A stretch of DNA of 52,362 bases from a virus (taxonomy: Duplodnaviria > Caudoviricetes). The first letter of the stretch is position 1. Every line of letters starts with the position of its first letter. A program made the position numbers and the translations under genes. Below, in pieces: positions 18,217-29,189 of the stretch. The notes beneath the pieces are model-generated. The model made no database searches and was not told the DNA's origin. It saw nothing but the letters and a program-made list of their open reading frames with translations. The stretch spans positions 1 to 52,362 of IMG/VR virus record IMGVR_UViG_3300043673_000008; one strand, 5' to 3'.

Positions 18217-18479
18217 AGGCTGCCCGCTTCTGCGGCCAGCCGAGTGGAGACCTGCTTATTGGAGAACTGCGCACCGCAGAACAGCGGATGGTCAGTTTCT
18301 ATGTGAGTTGGTTCAGTCGCGTCTATCAGTCAACCGAGAGCGGTTGGTCCGTCGCGCGTACTCCCGACAATAGGTCAGTCTCCGAGCAGGACGCATACTT
18401 TTGGTTTGCGCTGGAAATTATTGCGCGTGAACTGAACACAATGCGCGCCTTAGAACTCGCCAACATGCAGAGCGCCTAA
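18204..18479 (+). CDS. -1 frameshift extension of the tail chaperone (gpGT analogue)
   Basis: The -1 frame is open from 18207 into the 18288-18479 ORF. Confidence 0.75.
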   Translation, partial: KKLLKAARFCGQPSGDLLIGELRTAEQRMVSFYVSWFSRVYQSTESGWSVARTPDNRSVSEQDAYFWFALEIIARELNTMRALELANMQSA

Positions 18480-18480
18480 T

Positions 18481-21054
18481 ATGGACTTGGGAATTATCGT
18501 CACTGCCTTCAACAATGCCACCGGACCTCTGAATGAGATCGACAGTGGTGTGAAGAAGCTTGGTGTTAGTTCGCAGGAAACCGCGAACCGTCTCAAGGCA
18601 ATCCAAGTCGTTATCGGCGGTATCCTGCTCGAAAAGTCCGTCGAGCTTGGAAAGGCTTTTTTAGAAGCCTCAATCTCCATTCAGAACCTTGACGCCCGTA
18701 TGGCGTCGTGGACTGGTGGCGCGCAGGCTTCCGGCGCTGTTCTCGAAGAATTCAACCGCAAGCTCGGCGCGTCAGGCGTCGGCATCGACAAGATGGGCGA
18801 CGCTTTCATTAAGCTGCGCACCGCTGGTGTCGGCGTCGATGTAGCAAAAGCCACCATCGAGAACCTTGTCAACGGTATCGCCGCAGTGGGGACGGGCGAT
18901 ATCGCAGGTAAGCTCGACGCAGCCTCGTCCGCGTTTCAGTTGTTCATTTCGCGCGGCGTCGTCGGCGGCAAGGAACTGCGTTCCATTATCACGGATACTG
19001 GCTTGACAGTCAACGAACTCGCCAAGGCGATGTTCGGCGGAACCGATGCAGTTGCAAAGTGGAACGAAGGTCTCAAGGACAAGACCATCAGCGCGACTAT
19101 GCTGATCGACGCCTTCAATAAGGCAGCCCAAGAGAAGTTTGGCGGTTTCGTCTCCCTGCTCGGCTCTACCGTTGGCGGCGCACTCAACCGGTTCAAATCT
19201 GATGTCACCCTGGCATTCGGAGAATTTGGAAAGGATAGCGGAGCCAATAATCAGCTTGCTGTTATCTTTCAAAATCTCGACACCGCCGTCGTCCAGTTCA
19301 TCAAAGATATTAAGCCGGATGACGTTAAGAAGTTCGTGATGGTTGTTGGTGATATTGCATCTGTCGCCTATCAAGCTGCGACTATGCTGGTCAATGTCGG
19401 TGCCGTTGTTCTCGGTCTCTTGGATATTGCCGCGCGTTTCACGAATTCCCTACCCAGCGGAATGAAGGACGGTCTTATTGCAGGCGTCTTCTTGGGTCCT
19501 AAATGGGGTCTTGTGGTCGGCGCTCTTGAGCAAGTTAATTCCACTATCGCCTCCACGATCCTGTCCTACGATAAGCTAATGTCGAAGGTTGGTATCACGC
19601 AATCTATTCGGGATACCCATAAGTCCGCGATCGCGGGCGACGAAAAGGATTTGGCGAGCGCCTTATCTAATCCTGCGGGAAGTCTTGCCAAGTGGGACGG
19701 GAAGGATACCAGTTCTAATGCTTCTGGCTTCGTCGCTAAGATTATCGGTACGAAAGAGCAAATCCAAAAGGTCATAGACGATAACATCAAATTGGCTAAT
19801 GAGCGGCTCAAGGTTGGTGGTATCACGCCAGACGATCAGCCGAAGAAGGATGTCTCTGGTAAAATCCGCGATGCGCGTGAAGCTTTCGCCTCGACCTTCG
19901 CGTCCGTCAGCGGCAGGGATGCGGAACTGGAAACGAAGACGGCTGGTGACACCATCGCCACTCAAATCCAAGCCATCAAGAACACCACGCAGGGCTGGGC
20001 CGACACGCTGATTAAGGCGAAGGATGCCCTACTCGCTTCCAAATTACCCCATCAAGAGATCGCTGACGACATCGCCAAGATCGGCGTTCTGCAAAAGCAA
20101 ATTAACACCGATACCGATAAGGCAATCGCGCAGGCCATCCGGCTGAATGATCTCAAGACGGATCAGTTCAATACCGAGCAGGCTTCGCTGCGTCTCCAAT
20201 TGACGCGGGAAACCGAGAAGGTTGACCTGGGAAATAACAAGTCGTCCTCCCCGACCTTCAACGCTCTGAGTAGCACTGGCGGCGGACAACTGATGGAGCA
20301 GGTTGCCCAGCAGCGGCAAGTCCTGACCGATAGCATAGCAAAATATACGGCGGATATCAGCAAGCTCACGAAAGAAGCCGTCGCTACACCGGAGAACGCT
20401 GGTCAAATTAACCAGACTATTGCGGTATATCAGCGCGCCATCGACGCTTCGCAGAAAGCTGTCAACAGCCTCACTGCCGAGAGTGCGCTCTCGACGCAGT
20501 TTTGGGGCAAGCTCGGCTCGACGATCTCAAACGATGTCGGCGGCGCGATCAGCGGGCTGATCCAGGGTACGATGACGTGGCATCAGGTCGGCATGAAACT
20601 GTTCGGCGACCTCGTCAACATGGCCGTGGAGTACATCGCCAAGCTTGCTGAAATGCAAATTTTGCAGGCCGCGATGTCTGCCGGTGGTGGCGCTGGGGGT
20701 GCGGGCGGCGGTCTCATGTCGATCATCGGCAGCATCCTCCCGATGATGGGCTTCGCCAACGGCGGCACATTCAGCGGCCATATCACTCCGTTCGCCAACG
20801 GCGGCTTAACTAATGGCCCTACCCTGTTCGGGATGATGGGCGAAGCTGGCACCGAAGCCGTCATGCCCCTGACCCGCGTTGGCGGCAAGCTAGGCGTCCA
20901 CGCCTCGGGTGGCCAGAACCAAAGCAACTACCATATCCATGTCAACGCCATCGACACTCAGAGCGGCTTGCAGTTCATTGGTCAGCATATCTCGGCGATC
21001 GACGCTGGCTTGCAGCAGAACCAATCTCTCAATCGTCGCGCGGGGAATTACTAA
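18481..21054 (+). CDS. Tape measure protein
   Basis: 857 aa, helical, Ala/Gly-rich; C-terminal FANGG...MGEAGTEAVMPL. Confidence 0.92.
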   Translation: MDLGIIVTAFNNATGPLNEIDSGVKKLGVSSQETANRLKAIQVVIGGILLEKSVELGKAFLEASISIQNLDARMASWTGGAQASGAVLEEFNRKLGASGVGIDKMGDAFIKLRTAGVGVDVAKATIENLVNGIAAVGTGDIAGKLDAASSAFQLFISRGVVGGKELRSIITDTGLTVNELAKAMFGGTDAVAKWNEGLKDKTISATMLIDAFNKAAQEKFGGFVSLLGSTVGGALNRFKSDVTLAFGEFGKDSGANNQLAVIFQNLDTAVVQFIKDIKPDDVKKFVMVVGDIASVAYQAATMLVNVGAVVLGLLDIAARFTNSLPSGMKDGLIAGVFLGPKWGLVVGALEQVNSTIASTILSYDKLMSKVGITQSIRDTHKSAIAGDEKDLASALSNPAGSLAKWDGKDTSSNASGFVAKIIGTKEQIQKVIDDNIKLANERLKVGGITPDDQPKKDVSGKIRDAREAFASTFASVSGRDAELETKTAGDTIATQIQAIKNTTQGWADTLIKAKDALLASKLPHQEIADDIAKIGVLQKQINTDTDKAIAQAIRLNDLKTDQFNTEQASLRLQLTRETEKVDLGNNKSSSPTFNALSSTGGGQLMEQVAQQRQVLTDSIAKYTADISKLTKEAVATPENAGQINQTIAVYQRAIDASQKAVNSLTAESALSTQFWGKLGSTISNDVGGAISGLIQGTMTWHQVGMKLFGDLVNMAVEYIAKLAEMQILQAAMSAGGGAGGAGGGLMSIIGSILPMMGFANGGTFSGHITPFANGGLTNGPTLFGMMGEAGTEAVMPLTRVGGKLGVHASGGQNQSNYHIHVNAIDTQSGLQFIGQHISAIDAGLQQNQSLNRRAGNY

Positions 21055-21632
21055 TGGCTCTCTTGGTATTTCCCCTACCGATCTATGCGATGATGACGCG
21101 CGAGAAGGCGTGGAACGACGACAGCAACATCTATGATAGCGGCGACGTACAGGGGTTCTCCAATTGGGTGCGCCCGCTCTATCGCTACACGATGCCGGTC
21201 TCGCTCTACAACGAGATCAGTCAGAATTCCCTATGGAATTTTTGGGACAAGGTCAAGGGGCGGATGACGCCATTCCTGATGAAGGACCCTTACGATAACG
21301 CCGTGAACTCCGCTGTCGTCGCCAATAGCGGCTTCGTGCAGGGGGGCAGTCTTTATATCTGCGACGCGGTGAACAGCTTCCCGGTGCGCGCCGACACCAC
21401 GACCATCGGCTCACTGTGGAGCGTCTTGAGCGGCTTCGTCACGCTCGGCACGCAGTTCAGCTACTCTCAGGATAGCGGCATCCTGACCGTAAACACCAAG
21501 GCTCTCAACGACGTGTGGGCCGTGCGCAGTGTCAGCTACTACAAGAAGGTGAAGTTCAACTCTCAATATACCGAGACCGCGATCATGTGGAATACCTTCG
21601 CCACCGCGCTCACCTTCATCGAGTTGCCGTAA
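21054..21632 (+). CDS. Distal tail protein (DUF2460, GTA-like)
   Basis: NWVRPLYRY and GRMTPFLMKDPYD motifs; follows tape measure. Confidence 0.75.
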   Translation: MALLVFPLPIYAMMTREKAWNDDSNIYDSGDVQGFSNWVRPLYRYTMPVSLYNEISQNSLWNFWDKVKGRMTPFLMKDPYDNAVNSAVVANSGFVQGGSLYICDAVNSFPVRADTTTIGSLWSVLSGFVTLGTQFSYSQDSGILTVNTKALNDVWAVRSVSYYKKVKFNSQYTETAIMWNTFATALTFIELP

Positions 21633-22513
21633 TGTCGGTCTATCCTCAGGTCTCGCCCAACTCCGCATATTTCACCCGTCTGCAAGGCGACACCGTCGAT
21701 CTAACGGAGCTTATCGACTTCGAGCTTCCTGGCGGCACAAGCTTCCGCTGGACGACCAGCAACCACGAAATCACATATACGCTCTCCGGCGTTCTGACGA
21801 ACTACAAGACGTTCCCAGGTATGACGCCGGGCGGCTTGCAGCAAAGCAATAACATGCAGGTCGCTGCGGTGAACTTCATCATGCAGAACACAGGGTCGGC
21901 AATCCGAGACCTCCTGCTGAATGACTTCGCCCAGGCTCGCATCAAAGTTGGTCGCGTCTTCATCAGCACGCCTGACCTCGGGCGCATGGAAGTGTACAAC
22001 GGGCAGGTCGGCGACTTCACTTATAACCGCACGCAGGTCACCGGGCAGGCGCGCAACATCTGGAAGTCGTTGAACATCCAGTGGCCCTACTACACCTATA
22101 TGAACAACTGCGTGTGGCGCTTTGGCAGCGTTGGCTGCGGGATGAACACCACGTCGCTGACAGTTGCTATCACGTCGGTCAATGTCGGATCAAGCACACA
22201 GCTTGCGATCCTCTGCGCCAGCGGGATGATCACGCGGTCCTATGCGAACGATCGCTTCGACTTCGGGCGGTTGACCGTGACGGCTGGGGTGAACAGCGGC
22301 ATCGTCCGCACCATCCGCCAGCATAGCGGCGACCTCATTACGCTGGCGAACGCCCTCCCGTTTCCAGACTTCACCGGCATCCAACTGGCCGTTTTCCCAG
22401 GTTGCCGCAAGCGCGTTCTGGAAGATTGCAAATCTCTCTACAACAATGACAAGAACTTTATGGGGTTTCCTTGGATCACCTTGACGCCCCTGCCCCGCTT
22501 CCGTGTGAAGTAA
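21632..22513 (+). CDS. Tail hub protein (DUF2163/BR0599-like)
   Basis: CVWRFGSVGC and PGCRKRVLEDC...NFMGFPWI motifs. Confidence 0.85.
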   Translation: MSVYPQVSPNSAYFTRLQGDTVDLTELIDFELPGGTSFRWTTSNHEITYTLSGVLTNYKTFPGMTPGGLQQSNNMQVAAVNFIMQNTGSAIRDLLLNDFAQARIKVGRVFISTPDLGRMEVYNGQVGDFTYNRTQVTGQARNIWKSLNIQWPYYTYMNNCVWRFGSVGCGMNTTSLTVAITSVNVGSSTQLAILCASGMITRSYANDRFDFGRLTVTAGVNSGIVRTIRQHSGDLITLANALPFPDFTGIQLAVFPGCRKRVLEDCKSLYNNDKNFMGFPWITLTPLPRFRVK

Positions 22514-22938
22514 GCTGGCAGGACATCATCTGCAATCGCGCGATGGAATGGCTGAATACGCCATACGTTCCGCGTGCGCGCGTGCTTGGGGTCGGCATTG
22601 ATTGTGGCACCCTGCTCTATGATTGCTATGACCGCGTTGTCGGTCCTCTCGCGCCTATGCCGACGAACTACGCGGTGGATTGGGCGGCGCATTGCGATGA
22701 CGAGAAATACTTGGACTTTATCCAGCCCTATGTTAAAGAGGTTCCAGTGGTGACGCGTGGGGGCTTTACTCTTTATCATCTTGGTTTGGCATACGCGCAC
22801 GCAGCCATCTACCTTGGCGGCGGCAAGTATATTCATGCCTGGGGCAGGCAGGGCGCGGGAGCCGTGACCATCACTCCTGAACGCGTGCTGCGTCATTTGA
22901 ACCACGAACATCAACCCAAACATTTCGAGCCGAAATAA
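22471..22938 (+). CDS. NlpC/P60 tail-associated peptidase
   Basis: WLNTPY, GIDC, HAAIY, YIHA motifs; start codon uncertain. Confidence 0.85.
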   Translation: MDHLDAPAPLPCEVSWQDIICNRAMEWLNTPYVPRARVLGVGIDCGTLLYDCYDRVVGPLAPMPTNYAVDWAAHCDDEKYLDFIQPYVKEVPVVTRGGFTLYHLGLAYAHAAIYLGGGKYIHAWGRQGAGAVTITPERVLRHLNHEHQPKHFEPK

Positions 22939-25900
22939 TGGCAGCGTTTGTTCCATATCTTGTTGTCGGCGCGGTAGGCTTGATCGGCGAATGGCTGATT
23001 GGGCCGGGGAAGTCGAACAAGTCACCGATGCCGCAGTTGAACCAATCGCTGCGGGGCTCGCCGATCTATGTCACCTTCGGCACGAACCGCGTCGATGCGC
23101 AGGTTGTGTGGACGGCGAATTGGAAAGCCGTGCGCGGCAGCGGCAGCAAGAAGGGCGGTGGCAGTGGTGGGCTCGGCTCGGCCAAGGCTGGCGCTCAATC
23201 CGGCTACACCTACTTTTGGGACGTTGTATTGCACTACGGCTTCGTCGATGTCCCCTGCTTCATTGGTCGCGGCTGGGTTGGCAACGATCCGGTGCGGCGC
23301 GATCAGATCGAGACGTTCGACGCCGGTATCCCCGGTGCCGACTTCACCCTGATAGGCAGCCACTATACATCGGTCAATTCCAATACCGTCAAGCTCTATT
23401 ATACCGAAGCCAACGTCAATCCTGGCTACCCTACCGGCGACACTCAGCTTGAAACGTGGCCTTACTTCGCCTCGCAGACCGGATTGAATTGTGCGTGGCC
23501 CAGCACCTTTTGGATTGGCTTTCGCCAGTTCAACCTTGGTCAGTCCGCACAGCTTCCGCAGCTTGGTCTTGAACTTGTACCAACGAACATCCTTTTCGCG
23601 CCGACGCTCGATGGTTTCGAGGGTCTTACGTCCAATGCGCTCAGTAATTATTTTCAAGGGGCGTCATACAATGAGGACGACAGCGGCGTCGTATGGGTCG
23701 GGCAGGGAGGCGGCGTTGCCCCGAATGTTCTGTCATTTGTCACTCCAGCAAATACTGGCTTAGTAGCCGTCACGCTGACACAGTTTCAATCGGACGCCGT
23801 CGCTCTTAGCCTTCCACTCGCGAGCGACGCCAGCTTCTCGTGGGTGACGACCCTTTTTATCCCCGGTACGCCATATGCCTATGTGATGGCGGAAACTCTG
23901 CATGCCGCCAACCAACTCAATTGCCTGGGGGTCTGTTATAAGATTGAGACCAACGGGACGATCTCGCGGCAGGGTGGCTTTAGTTTCCTCTACGCCGTGT
24001 TGAGCGGCGGACGCCTCTTTGATGCTCATGTCGCGGCGATCGGCTGCATCGGCAACCAAGAAGTCTCTATCGCCTATTGGTCGGCGACGACCGGTTCAGG
24101 TGACGGCTTCACGAGCAACCGTGCGACATGGCTGATGTCCCTGCCGAACCCGACGACGATCCTTGGCAGCACCACCATCAACACGGGACTGCCCCCGAAG
24201 TTCGCAGAGATCACCGAGGTCGGCCAATCCTTCCTCTGTAACCGCAGCAACCGCAATTTCACCGATGACTTCCGCACTCATATCCCCGGCGGCTTCGTCG
24301 ATGCGCAGGATGGCACGAACTATTGGTTCTTCCGCTATGTCTCGGCGGAAGAATTCGCGTGGCAGGCGGCGCACTCGGCTGGCACGATCGGCTACAATGC
24401 CTATATGGCTGGCCTCGCCTCAACCTATCCGAGCGGCTGTATGTTCGGTACTAAGTTCGGCGGCGGCAGCTATAGCGGCATGGCCGCGCACAACGATTAC
24501 TTTCAGGACGTGGACGGCAGCAATATGGTGCCATTCGCCGATGAAGGGTTTAACAAGGCTGGGATCATCAGTGGTAGTCCCTATGACTGCTATTACCCGC
24601 CGAACGCCAGCGATAGCGCGCACGCCATGATCACTCGCCCCTATAGCGATGATCATTATAGCTGCCGCGTTCGCATGTTCCTGAATTACGGCGACCATGC
24701 CGTCTTGTCCACGACGATCACCGGGCCGTATGCGACGCAGGCGGACCTCGGCGAAGGTTCGTCCCTACCCGTCCCAAGCAGCATCATTCCATATCTGTCG
24801 TCGAGCTTCGGCATCTATGTCGCCATTCAGTATGATGGGTCGAGCTTCAACCCTGGCCGCACCACTTCCCTGTTTGGTCAGATCGACCCGCATGGTCTTG
24901 ACGTGACGCCCGCCTATATCATCAAGCGCATCTTGACTAGCAAAGTATGGGGTTTCCAGACGGACGCCCTGTTCGGTTATTCGATTACGGATGCGACCAT
25001 CAATCAAATAAGTTATGAGGACGCGGTGCAGTATTGCGTCGATAATGGCATCTATGTCTCGGTGACGTACAACGGGCAGGACAGTATCCTTAATACTATC
25101 AATGAACTTCTGTCGCTCTACAATGGCTACGTCGTAGAGCATGGCGGCGTGGTCTATTTCGGTGTAGTGCGTGCGAACGACGTGCCTATGCGGACGATCG
25201 ACAACACGCGGTTGATCTCTCCTGGTCCTGGCAAGCCTCCCGTCAATGTCACTAAGGGTGCAGCACAGGACGGCTACAACATTGTCGAGTTCCAGTATCT
25301 CGACCGCAGCTTGGAATATCAGCAGAACCAAATATGGGTGAGCGACGAGGTTGATATCGACTTCACCGGTCCGCGCGTCAAGACCTATCAGGCTAAGTTC
25401 GTTATGTCCGGTTCGACCGCGTTCCAATGCGCTGAGCGCGCACTATGGAGTAATCTCTATGGTAAAGACAACTACGCCTTCCAGCTTGGTGTCAAGGACG
25501 CAGACCTTCGCCCCGGTATGCAGGTCACTCTGGTTGATAGTTTTGACAATACGCTCTCTGCTGGTGTCCAGGCGATCATCACCGAATGGAAAGAGAACAA
25601 GCGGTTCACGTTCGACGTGAAGGCCGTCCGCGTCTATGACGACCACCTCACCTCGACCCATGCTTTCACTGATACCGGTACGCCCGGTCAGGGCATCGGT
25701 AGCATGGTTCAGGACGTAGCCCCGCCGATCGCGATGCGCGCCTACGAACTTCCGACGCAGTTCCAGCAATCCCAGGCGTTCATGTATGTCGGCTACAATC
25801 AGGGCAGCCTAATTATGGGCTCGCAGCTTTGGCTGTCCGCCACCGGTACGACCTTCACGCAGGTTGACGACGTGCAGCCCTTCCCGATCAGCGGTCTCCT

Positions 25901-26768
25901 GGCGCAGCCGCTCCCTGTCCGGCCCTGCGGTTACGTCGAGAGGGGTATAAAGATCGTTATGATGCCGAGCAGCCTTTACAGTGTGGCGACGCCGACCTTC
26001 GTGCAGACCAGCGACATCGAGGACACCGCGATGAGCGCGCGGCAGGCTGGCCTGACCTGTATGATCGTCGGCAGCGAAGCCATCGCGATCGAGGGCGCGG
26101 TTCTCACCGGACAGAACCAATATACTGTTGCCAAGGCTTATCGCGGCTGGGGCGGTACGCCGATCTCGGCTCAGAATAGCGGGGCTTACTGGCATCACCA
26201 TGGCGACGGCATGTTCGCGCATCCCATCGGTATCGCCGATATCGGCAAGATAATTTATTACAAGGTACTGCCGTACAACTTCGCGGGCGATGTCCTGTCA
26301 ATCTCGTCGGTCACCGCCAACACTTATATGATCCGTGGTGATTACTGGCTGCCGCGCGAGCAGCCGCCGACCCGGCTCTATGTCGCGAGCGCCCCGTCGT
26401 GGAGCCCGAATTCGCCGATCATTGGACCATTCATCACAGTGACCAGCGGCGGCAGTGACATCATTATGAAATGGCGCAACTCCGCCAATGAAGAAGGCTT
26501 CGGGTTCGGAGGCTTCGGTAATGCCGGGGCAGGGCACTTCACGGCGGACGTTACGACGCCGAGCTATCGCGTTGACGTGATGTCAGTCAACGGTGTCAAG
26601 GTATCCTCTTTCGTAGTCAATACGGGCTATTTCGACTATACTGTCTTGCAGAATATCGCCGACTTCGGCAGCCCGGCTGGCAAGCAACTCGCGTTCAAAG
26701 TGACGCCATTCAATTCGCTGGGCGACGGCTATGTGGCGGATACAACCTCAATCTCAATGACGTGGTGA
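22938..26768 (+). CDS. Central tail tip/host-specificity protein (GTA megatron or lambda J-like)
   Basis: 1276 aa; PIYVTFGTNRV N-terminus, TPAYII, EFQYLDRSLEYQ, RGWGGT, YYKVLPYN motifs. Confidence 0.85.
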   Translation: MAAFVPYLVVGAVGLIGEWLIGPGKSNKSPMPQLNQSLRGSPIYVTFGTNRVDAQVVWTANWKAVRGSGSKKGGGSGGLGSAKAGAQSGYTYFWDVVLHYGFVDVPCFIGRGWVGNDPVRRDQIETFDAGIPGADFTLIGSHYTSVNSNTVKLYYTEANVNPGYPTGDTQLETWPYFASQTGLNCAWPSTFWIGFRQFNLGQSAQLPQLGLELVPTNILFAPTLDGFEGLTSNALSNYFQGASYNEDDSGVVWVGQGGGVAPNVLSFVTPANTGLVAVTLTQFQSDAVALSLPLASDASFSWVTTLFIPGTPYAYVMAETLHAANQLNCLGVCYKIETNGTISRQGGFSFLYAVLSGGRLFDAHVAAIGCIGNQEVSIAYWSATTGSGDGFTSNRATWLMSLPNPTTILGSTTINTGLPPKFAEITEVGQSFLCNRSNRNFTDDFRTHIPGGFVDAQDGTNYWFFRYVSAEEFAWQAAHSAGTIGYNAYMAGLASTYPSGCMFGTKFGGGSYSGMAAHNDYFQDVDGSNMVPFADEGFNKAGIISGSPYDCYYPPNASDSAHAMITRPYSDDHYSCRVRMFLNYGDHAVLSTTITGPYATQADLGEGSSLPVPSSIIPYLSSSFGIYVAIQYDGSSFNPGRTTSLFGQIDPHGLDVTPAYIIKRILTSKVWGFQTDALFGYSITDATINQISYEDAVQYCVDNGIYVSVTYNGQDSILNTINELLSLYNGYVVEHGGVVYFGVVRANDVPMRTIDNTRLISPGPGKPPVNVTKGAAQDGYNIVEFQYLDRSLEYQQNQIWVSDEVDIDFTGPRVKTYQAKFVMSGSTAFQCAERALWSNLYGKDNYAFQLGVKDADLRPGMQVTLVDSFDNTLSAGVQAIITEWKENKRFTFDVKAVRVYDDHLTSTHAFTDTGTPGQGIGSMVQDVAPPIAMRAYELPTQFQQSQAFMYVGYNQGSLIMGSQLWLSATGTTFTQVDDVQPFPISGLLAQPLPVRPCGYVERGIKIVMMPSSLYSVATPTFVQTSDIEDTAMSARQAGLTCMIVGSEAIAIEGAVLTGQNQYTVAKAYRGWGGTPISAQNSGAYWHHHGDGMFAHPIGIADIGKIIYYKVLPYNFAGDVLSISSVTANTYMIRGDYWLPREQPPTRLYVASAPSWSPNSPIIGPFITVTSGGSDIIMKWRNSANEEGFGFGGFGNAGAGHFTADVTTPSYRVDVMSVNGVKVSSFVVNTGYFDYTVLQNIADFGSPAGKQLAFKVTPFNSLGDGYVADTTSISMTW

Positions 26769-26772
26769 TAGG

Positions 26773-27564
26773 ATGACGACCCCCGACAATCAATTGCCGA
26801 TCCTGACGACTGGCGCGTCAAATTGGGATAGCGACCTCGATGCTGCCATGCAGATCATCGAGCGCGGCTACCATGTGACCGCTCAGGCTGGCATCGCCGT
26901 AAACACCGGCAACGTCCTGTGGCAGAACAGCGGCGGCTTCTTCTTTCCGTTCGATCCGAATTCCACCGCGATATTCCCCGCCGCCATGGCATTTACCGCC
27001 GCAAACTCCGGCGACAGCGTCCAGCTTCTCTTGCGCGGCATCGTGCGATCTCTGGCGATCAACTCCCCTGCCGTCCCAGGTCTGCCGATCTATGTCTCGA
27101 TCCTGACGCCGGGCTTGATCGTTGCGACCAATAGCGGGACGAACCGCAAGGCAGGGTATGGTCTGCCGGGCTACGGGGTTCTGTTCAATCCGGCCAACGT
27201 ATTCGACGGCGTCGCGACTTCATACGTCCCTACGTTCTCTGTGCAATCCTCGCAGATCGCCGCTGTCGTCGGCTCTGTGCATACCTTCACCATGTCGCTG
27301 GGGGCGAACCAGGGTTGGAACCGGCGCGTGCGGATCAATGCCGCCAGCGCCACTCATGTCGAGATCAAGTTCTTCGCGGACGCGGCGCGCACCGACCTGC
27401 AATACCAGACCGCCAGCGGCGGCGTCACGGGCGTCGGCAGCTTCAACGATCGCGCCGGTTGGCCGCTCGATAGCAACAGCGGAACGATCTACGGGTCGTG
27501 TCAGGTGTTCTCGTGGGACGTGACCACCGACACGATCAATATTCAAGGACATTGGGAGGTTTAA
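26773..27564 (+). CDS. Putative tail fibre or accessory structural protein
   Basis: Follows tail tip; beta-rich, Ser/Thr/Gly-rich. Confidence 0.6.
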   Translation: MTTPDNQLPILTTGASNWDSDLDAAMQIIERGYHVTAQAGIAVNTGNVLWQNSGGFFFPFDPNSTAIFPAAMAFTAANSGDSVQLLLRGIVRSLAINSPAVPGLPIYVSILTPGLIVATNSGTNRKAGYGLPGYGVLFNPANVFDGVATSYVPTFSVQSSQIAAVVGSVHTFTMSLGANQGWNRRVRINAASATHVEIKFFADAARTDLQYQTASGGVTGVGSFNDRAGWPLDSNSGTIYGSCQVFSWDVTTDTINIQGHWEV

Positions 27565-28974
27565 GTGGCAGAGTGGTTTGTAGATGCCTCGATCAGCGGT
27601 GGCAACGGGACTGACCCTGCTTCGGCTTTCCCGAGCGTTGGCTCGATTACTTGGACGGCGGGAGACCGCGCCTGGGTGCGCAACACGCATTACGAATTCC
27701 TGGGCTCGTCCGTCTATCTCGGCACTGCCATGGGCAGTCCGAGCTATTTCTCGCAGTGGCATAACGTGATCGGCTGGCCGCAGTCCGACGATCCGTGGTA
27801 CGACATTCGCCCGGCGCGCGGCACGACTGTCGGCTGGGATGCCGACGTTCCTTCTACCGCCGTCTATTCCGTGTGGGGAATTAAGCAACCGACCTTTGCC
27901 ACCTCCGTCAGTGCGAACATTGGTATTGGCTTCCTCCTGCCGGTCGGCGGCAGTGTGTTCAATGTCTGCTTGCAGAACAACGGCAACATTATGAATATGT
28001 GGTCGTCGCAGGGTGACCAATGGCAGCGCTATCTCGACAACGTCACCTTGCTCTGCAACAGTGGGACGTTCCCTGGCGGCGGCTCCGTGGCGATGCGGTT
28101 CAATGCCTCTCTCGGCAAGATCACCATTCCATGCAGCACCAGCGGCACGTTCGGCACCGCGATCATTGGGTCCTCGATGGCCTCGATGCGTCACCTCGTC
28201 ATCCCGGCTCCCGGTATCTTCCCTTATCTTTTGGATTGGAGCGGCTCGAACATGCTACACATTGGGCATATCGAAGTGCAATGCGCCAGCTACAATCTTG
28301 CGTTCGGTGCCGTCACGCCGCTGATCAGCGGCCCCAACATCACCACGGACGGCATGTTCCACGTTGGCCGGATCAGCGGCAAGCGCCCAGCGGTCGGCGT
28401 GGCTTCCACCGGCATCCTGGGGTTCAACGGTATCCAGATCGACGACTATTTCGGGGACGGCCCGATGATCAATCCCTCTCCAACGCAACCCTCTACGCGG
28501 GTTGCGTCGATCAACGAAGCGGCGTGCGACATTGGCTCCGGCGCTGTGCGCGCCATGATCTACAACGTCGCCAGTGTAGTAGCTGCGGCCCAGCGTTATG
28601 CTGGGGTTTGGGGAAACAAGCCTGTCATGCGGGGCTACTTCGACGTGGCCAGCGGAACCCAGCTTGAGGTGCGCGTTCCACTCTATATTACGGGCGTCGC
28701 ATCGCTGACTAACGGCACGCTGATGGCGCACCTGTTCGCCGCTGGGACAAAGGGCACGGTCTGCAACTCGGCCACCCTGCTCGTCGGGACGCCCGCCGCG
28801 TGGAGTGGGTCCCTGATCACGGCTGGCAGCGCGTGGATTTTCAAGAGCGTCTTCCATCCGACCGAGACCGCTAGTCAGGTTCCGTTTGAAATCTTTCCTC
28901 CCGTCTTTACTCAGGCCACCAGCGGGCTGGCCCTGACGGGCGCGGCCTACTTCGGCCAACCCTATAAGGTGTAA
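27565..28974 (+). CDS. Putative receptor-binding or tail spike protein
   Basis: WFVD...GNGTDPASAF N-terminus typical of beta-helix proteins; GGAGG RBS, GTG start. Confidence 0.6.
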   Translation: MAEWFVDASISGGNGTDPASAFPSVGSITWTAGDRAWVRNTHYEFLGSSVYLGTAMGSPSYFSQWHNVIGWPQSDDPWYDIRPARGTTVGWDADVPSTAVYSVWGIKQPTFATSVSANIGIGFLLPVGGSVFNVCLQNNGNIMNMWSSQGDQWQRYLDNVTLLCNSGTFPGGGSVAMRFNASLGKITIPCSTSGTFGTAIIGSSMASMRHLVIPAPGIFPYLLDWSGSNMLHIGHIEVQCASYNLAFGAVTPLISGPNITTDGMFHVGRISGKRPAVGVASTGILGFNGIQIDDYFGDGPMINPSPTQPSTRVASINEAACDIGSGAVRAMIYNVASVVAAAQRYAGVWGNKPVMRGYFDVASGTQLEVRVPLYITGVASLTNGTLMAHLFAAGTKGTVCNSATLLVGTPAAWSGSLITAGSAWIFKSVFHPTETASQVPFEIFPPVFTQATSGLALTGAAYFGQPYKV

Positions 28975-28976
28975 TC

Positions 28977-29180
28977 ATGGCTGGCCGTCTTGGTGCTTAT
29001 GTGCCCGCTGCAAGTCAAGTCGCCAACGGAAACCTTGGCGCGGAGCAAGTCGGAACTGCCCCTTCTGGCGGCGGTGGCGGCGGTGGATCGTCTGGCTCCG
29101 CGCTTAACCGCTTGTTTCCGACTGAGGCTTCGCTGCGCTCGTTTCCGAAGGACGCGATCCGCTCGTACCCTCGCGCCTAA
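28977..29180 (+). CDS. Small Gly-rich protein
   Basis: 67 aa ORF coupled to the upstream gene. Confidence 0.5.
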   Translation: MAGRLGAYVPAASQVANGNLGAEQVGTAPSGGGGGGGSSGSALNRLFPTEASLRSFPKDAIRSYPRA

Positions 29181-29189
29181 TCGTCTATA

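Noticed and set aside
22938-28974. Diversity-generating retroelement target
   Set aside because: No reverse transcriptase and no TR/VR repeat pair seen
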